Notes under the pieces: generated by a model
Told to the model about the DNA's origin: nothing
The model's database searches: none
What the model saw: the letters and a program-made list of their open reading frames with translations, nothing else
Source of the DNA: an uncultured Clostridia bacterium
GTDB lineage: Bacteria > Bacillota > Clostridia > Oscillospirales > Acutalibacteraceae
Length of the DNA: 13,058 nucleotides
Direction of reading: 5' to 3'
Assembly (NCBI GenBank): GCA_937888485.1
Contig: CALAQQ010000187.1
Span: 1-13,058 of the forward strand
Made by a program: the position numbers and the translations under genes
In this document: positions 11,748 through 13,058 of the stretch, one piece after another
Layout of the letters: each line of letters opens with the position of its first letter
How positions within the stretch are numbered: the stretch's first letter is position 1

Positions 11748-13058
11748 ATGGTAACAGGCAATCTGCAAATCAAAGACGGCAAGTATTATGCCGTTGTCAA
11801 TCTCAGAGATGAAACCGGCAAAAGAAAGCAGAAATGGGTCAGCACGGGGCTGTCTGTCAGAGGCAACAAGAAAAATGCCGAGCAATTCCTTAGTCAGGAG
11901 CTTGAAAAATGGAACTACCATAACGGCGTTTATTACGGTATTTCGGTTGCGGAATACTTTGAAATATGGCTGACAGAGATTGAAAAAGAAGTCAGACCGA
12001 ACACCTTCCGTTCCTATAAGGGTAATATGACGAATCACATTATTCCGTATTTCAGGAACAAGAAGATTCAGCTTCAGTCAATCAAGCCAATCGACCTCGA
12101 AGATTACTATTTCTCGCTTCTCAAACCCGAAAGCAACCTTGAAAACGGAGCGGCACTTTCCGCTACAACAATAAGGCACCACCATCAGAACATAAGCAAG
12201 GCACTTGCCGATGCGGTCAGAAAAGGATATATTCCGCTCAATCCCGCAAGCTCTGCAAGATTGCCGAAGAAAGAGAAATACAAAGCTGAATTTCTCAACC
12301 ACGAACAGCTTGATGAACTTATTTCTCTGTTCAAAGGAAGTCCCGTTGAATTGCCCGTCAGACTATGTGCAATTTACGGTTTCCGCAGAAGTGAGGTGCT
12401 GGGTCTTAAATGGAAGAACGTCGATTTCATCAACCGCACAATAACAATAAGCGAAACACTTCAGCAGCACACAGGCGGCAATTACACCGACCATCCCAAG
12501 ACAGAAAGCAGTTACAGAACTCTGCCGTTAAACAATACGGCTTATGACCTTCTGAAAGAACAGAAGAAGCTTCAGGATGAACGCAAACTGCTTATGGGCA
12601 ATTATTACATATATAATGACTATGTCTGCACCTGGGGTAACGGAGAAGTAATTGCACCGAATTATCTGACACGCACTTTTCACTCGGTCATTCAGAACAG
12701 TACACTTCCGCAGATAAGACTGCATGATTTACGCCACAGCGTTGCGAGCAATCTTCTCAATCTCGGATTTTCGGTTGTTCAGGTTCAGGAATGGCTCGGT
12801 CACGGAAGTGCATCAACAACACTTAATTTCTATGCTCACGTTGATAAGAGTTCAAAAATCAGCATCGCAGACACTCTTGACAAATTAAATTCGGAACAAG
12901 AGAAAAAAGAGGACAAAGTGTTAGAAAAAGTGTTTGAAGAAAAGACCCTTTCAGAAACAAAAAAAGACCCCGTAAAAGGGTCGGAAAAAGGCCTGAAAAA
13001 AGCAAAAATCAGCACAAAAGTTGTGCCGATAAAAAAACAAAGCCTGAAAAAGTGTTAG
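11748..13058 (+). CDS. int: Tyrosine recombinase / integrase (Tn916-Int-like architecture) with a long Lys/Glu-rich C-terminal extension
   Basis: The N-terminal arm-binding-type domain reads LQIKDGKYYAVVNLRDETGKRKQKWVSTG. Catalytic residues: FRRSEV (Arg), HDLRHS (HxxR), GHGSASTTLNFYAHV (Tyr codon at 12831-12833). AAGGAG lies 7 nt upstream. The stop codon is the last 3 nt of the window. Confidence 0.95.
   Translation: MVTGNLQIKDGKYYAVVNLRDETGKRKQKWVSTGLSVRGNKKNAEQFLSQELEKWNYHNGVYYGISVAEYFEIWLTEIEKEVRPNTFRSYKGNMTNHIIPYFRNKKIQLQSIKPIDLEDYYFSLLKPESNLENGAALSATTIRHHHQNISKALADAVRKGYIPLNPASSARLPKKEKYKAEFLNHEQLDELISLFKGSPVELPVRLCAIYGFRRSEVLGLKWKNVDFINRTITISETLQQHTGGNYTDHPKTESSYRTLPLNNTAYDLLKEQKKLQDERKLLMGNYYIYNDYVCTWGNGEVIAPNYLTRTFHSVIQNSTLPQIRLHDLRHSVASNLLNLGFSVVQVQEWLGHGSASTTLNFYAHVDKSSKISIADTLDKLNSEQEKKEDKVLEKVFEEKTLSETKKDPVKGSEKGLKKAKISTKVVPIKKQSLKKC
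12959..12982 (-). terminator. Minus-strand terminator-like hairpin inside the int tail
   Basis: On the plus strand, A7 (12959-12965) precedes GACCC-CGTAAAA-GGGTC. Read on the minus strand this is a GC stem followed by T7. Confidence 0.35.

Larger units (their letters stand above)
9850..13058. mobile_element. Second integrative element (hypothetical, RepA_N, xis, int), or the rep/int arm of a composite element; the right end is off-window
   Basis: This is a co-directional rep-xis-int block with its own, different integrase. The left boundary is guessed from the repeat-rich AT tract. Confidence 0.5.

Noticed and set aside
383-12725. Antisense or out-of-frame tracked ORFs nested in larger genes (for example 383-622, 550-837, 1096-1422, 2030-2293, 3914-4267, 4310-4504, 5138-5434, 6507-6800, 7390-7629, 7970-8164, 8274-8561, 8909-9193, 11110-11409, 11745-12038, 12078-12302)
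   Set aside because: These are shadow ORFs inside genes with clear family motifs. They have no SD and give hydrophobic or low-complexity translations typical of antisense frames in AT-rich DNA.

Overview
AT-rich accessory region with strong GGAGG-type Shine-Dalgarno sites, consistent with a low-GC Firmicutes/Clostridia host. All homology calls come from motifs read by eye; no database search was run. The window starts inside a tRNA-Trp(CCA) gene (3' part, 1-55), and mobile DNA follows directly. Module A (about 56-8066, genes on the minus strand) is an integrative mobilizable element. In transcription order it encodes a Cys-rich VLP protein, a 95-aa protein, MobC, a relaxase, a ParB-like protein, an excisionase and a tyrosine integrase, with the 3' end of int facing the tRNA. 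A 2.75-kb insert sits between int and the tRNA, bracketed by a perfect 39-bp direct repeat that is itself a terminator hairpin. The insert carries a divergent four-gene locus. One arm is a class-I-like Fic protein with an upstream VbhA-like antitoxin fusion. The other arm is a HipA-like kinase with no HipB, followed by an overlapping second VbhA-like mini-protein. This locus is my best candidate for an undescribed system. A membrane-anchored clan GH-A glycoside hydrolase with its own near-consensus promoter lies at 8158-9747. It is followed by a 600-bp extremely AT-rich non-coding region containing a composite motif repeated three times. Module B (about 9850 to at least 13058, plus strand) encodes a 96-aa protein, a RepA_N-type replication initiator, an excisionase and a second, different tyrosine integrase. 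That integrase has an unusually long Lys-rich C-terminal tail running to the window edge. No rRNA, CRISPR array or transposase was seen.
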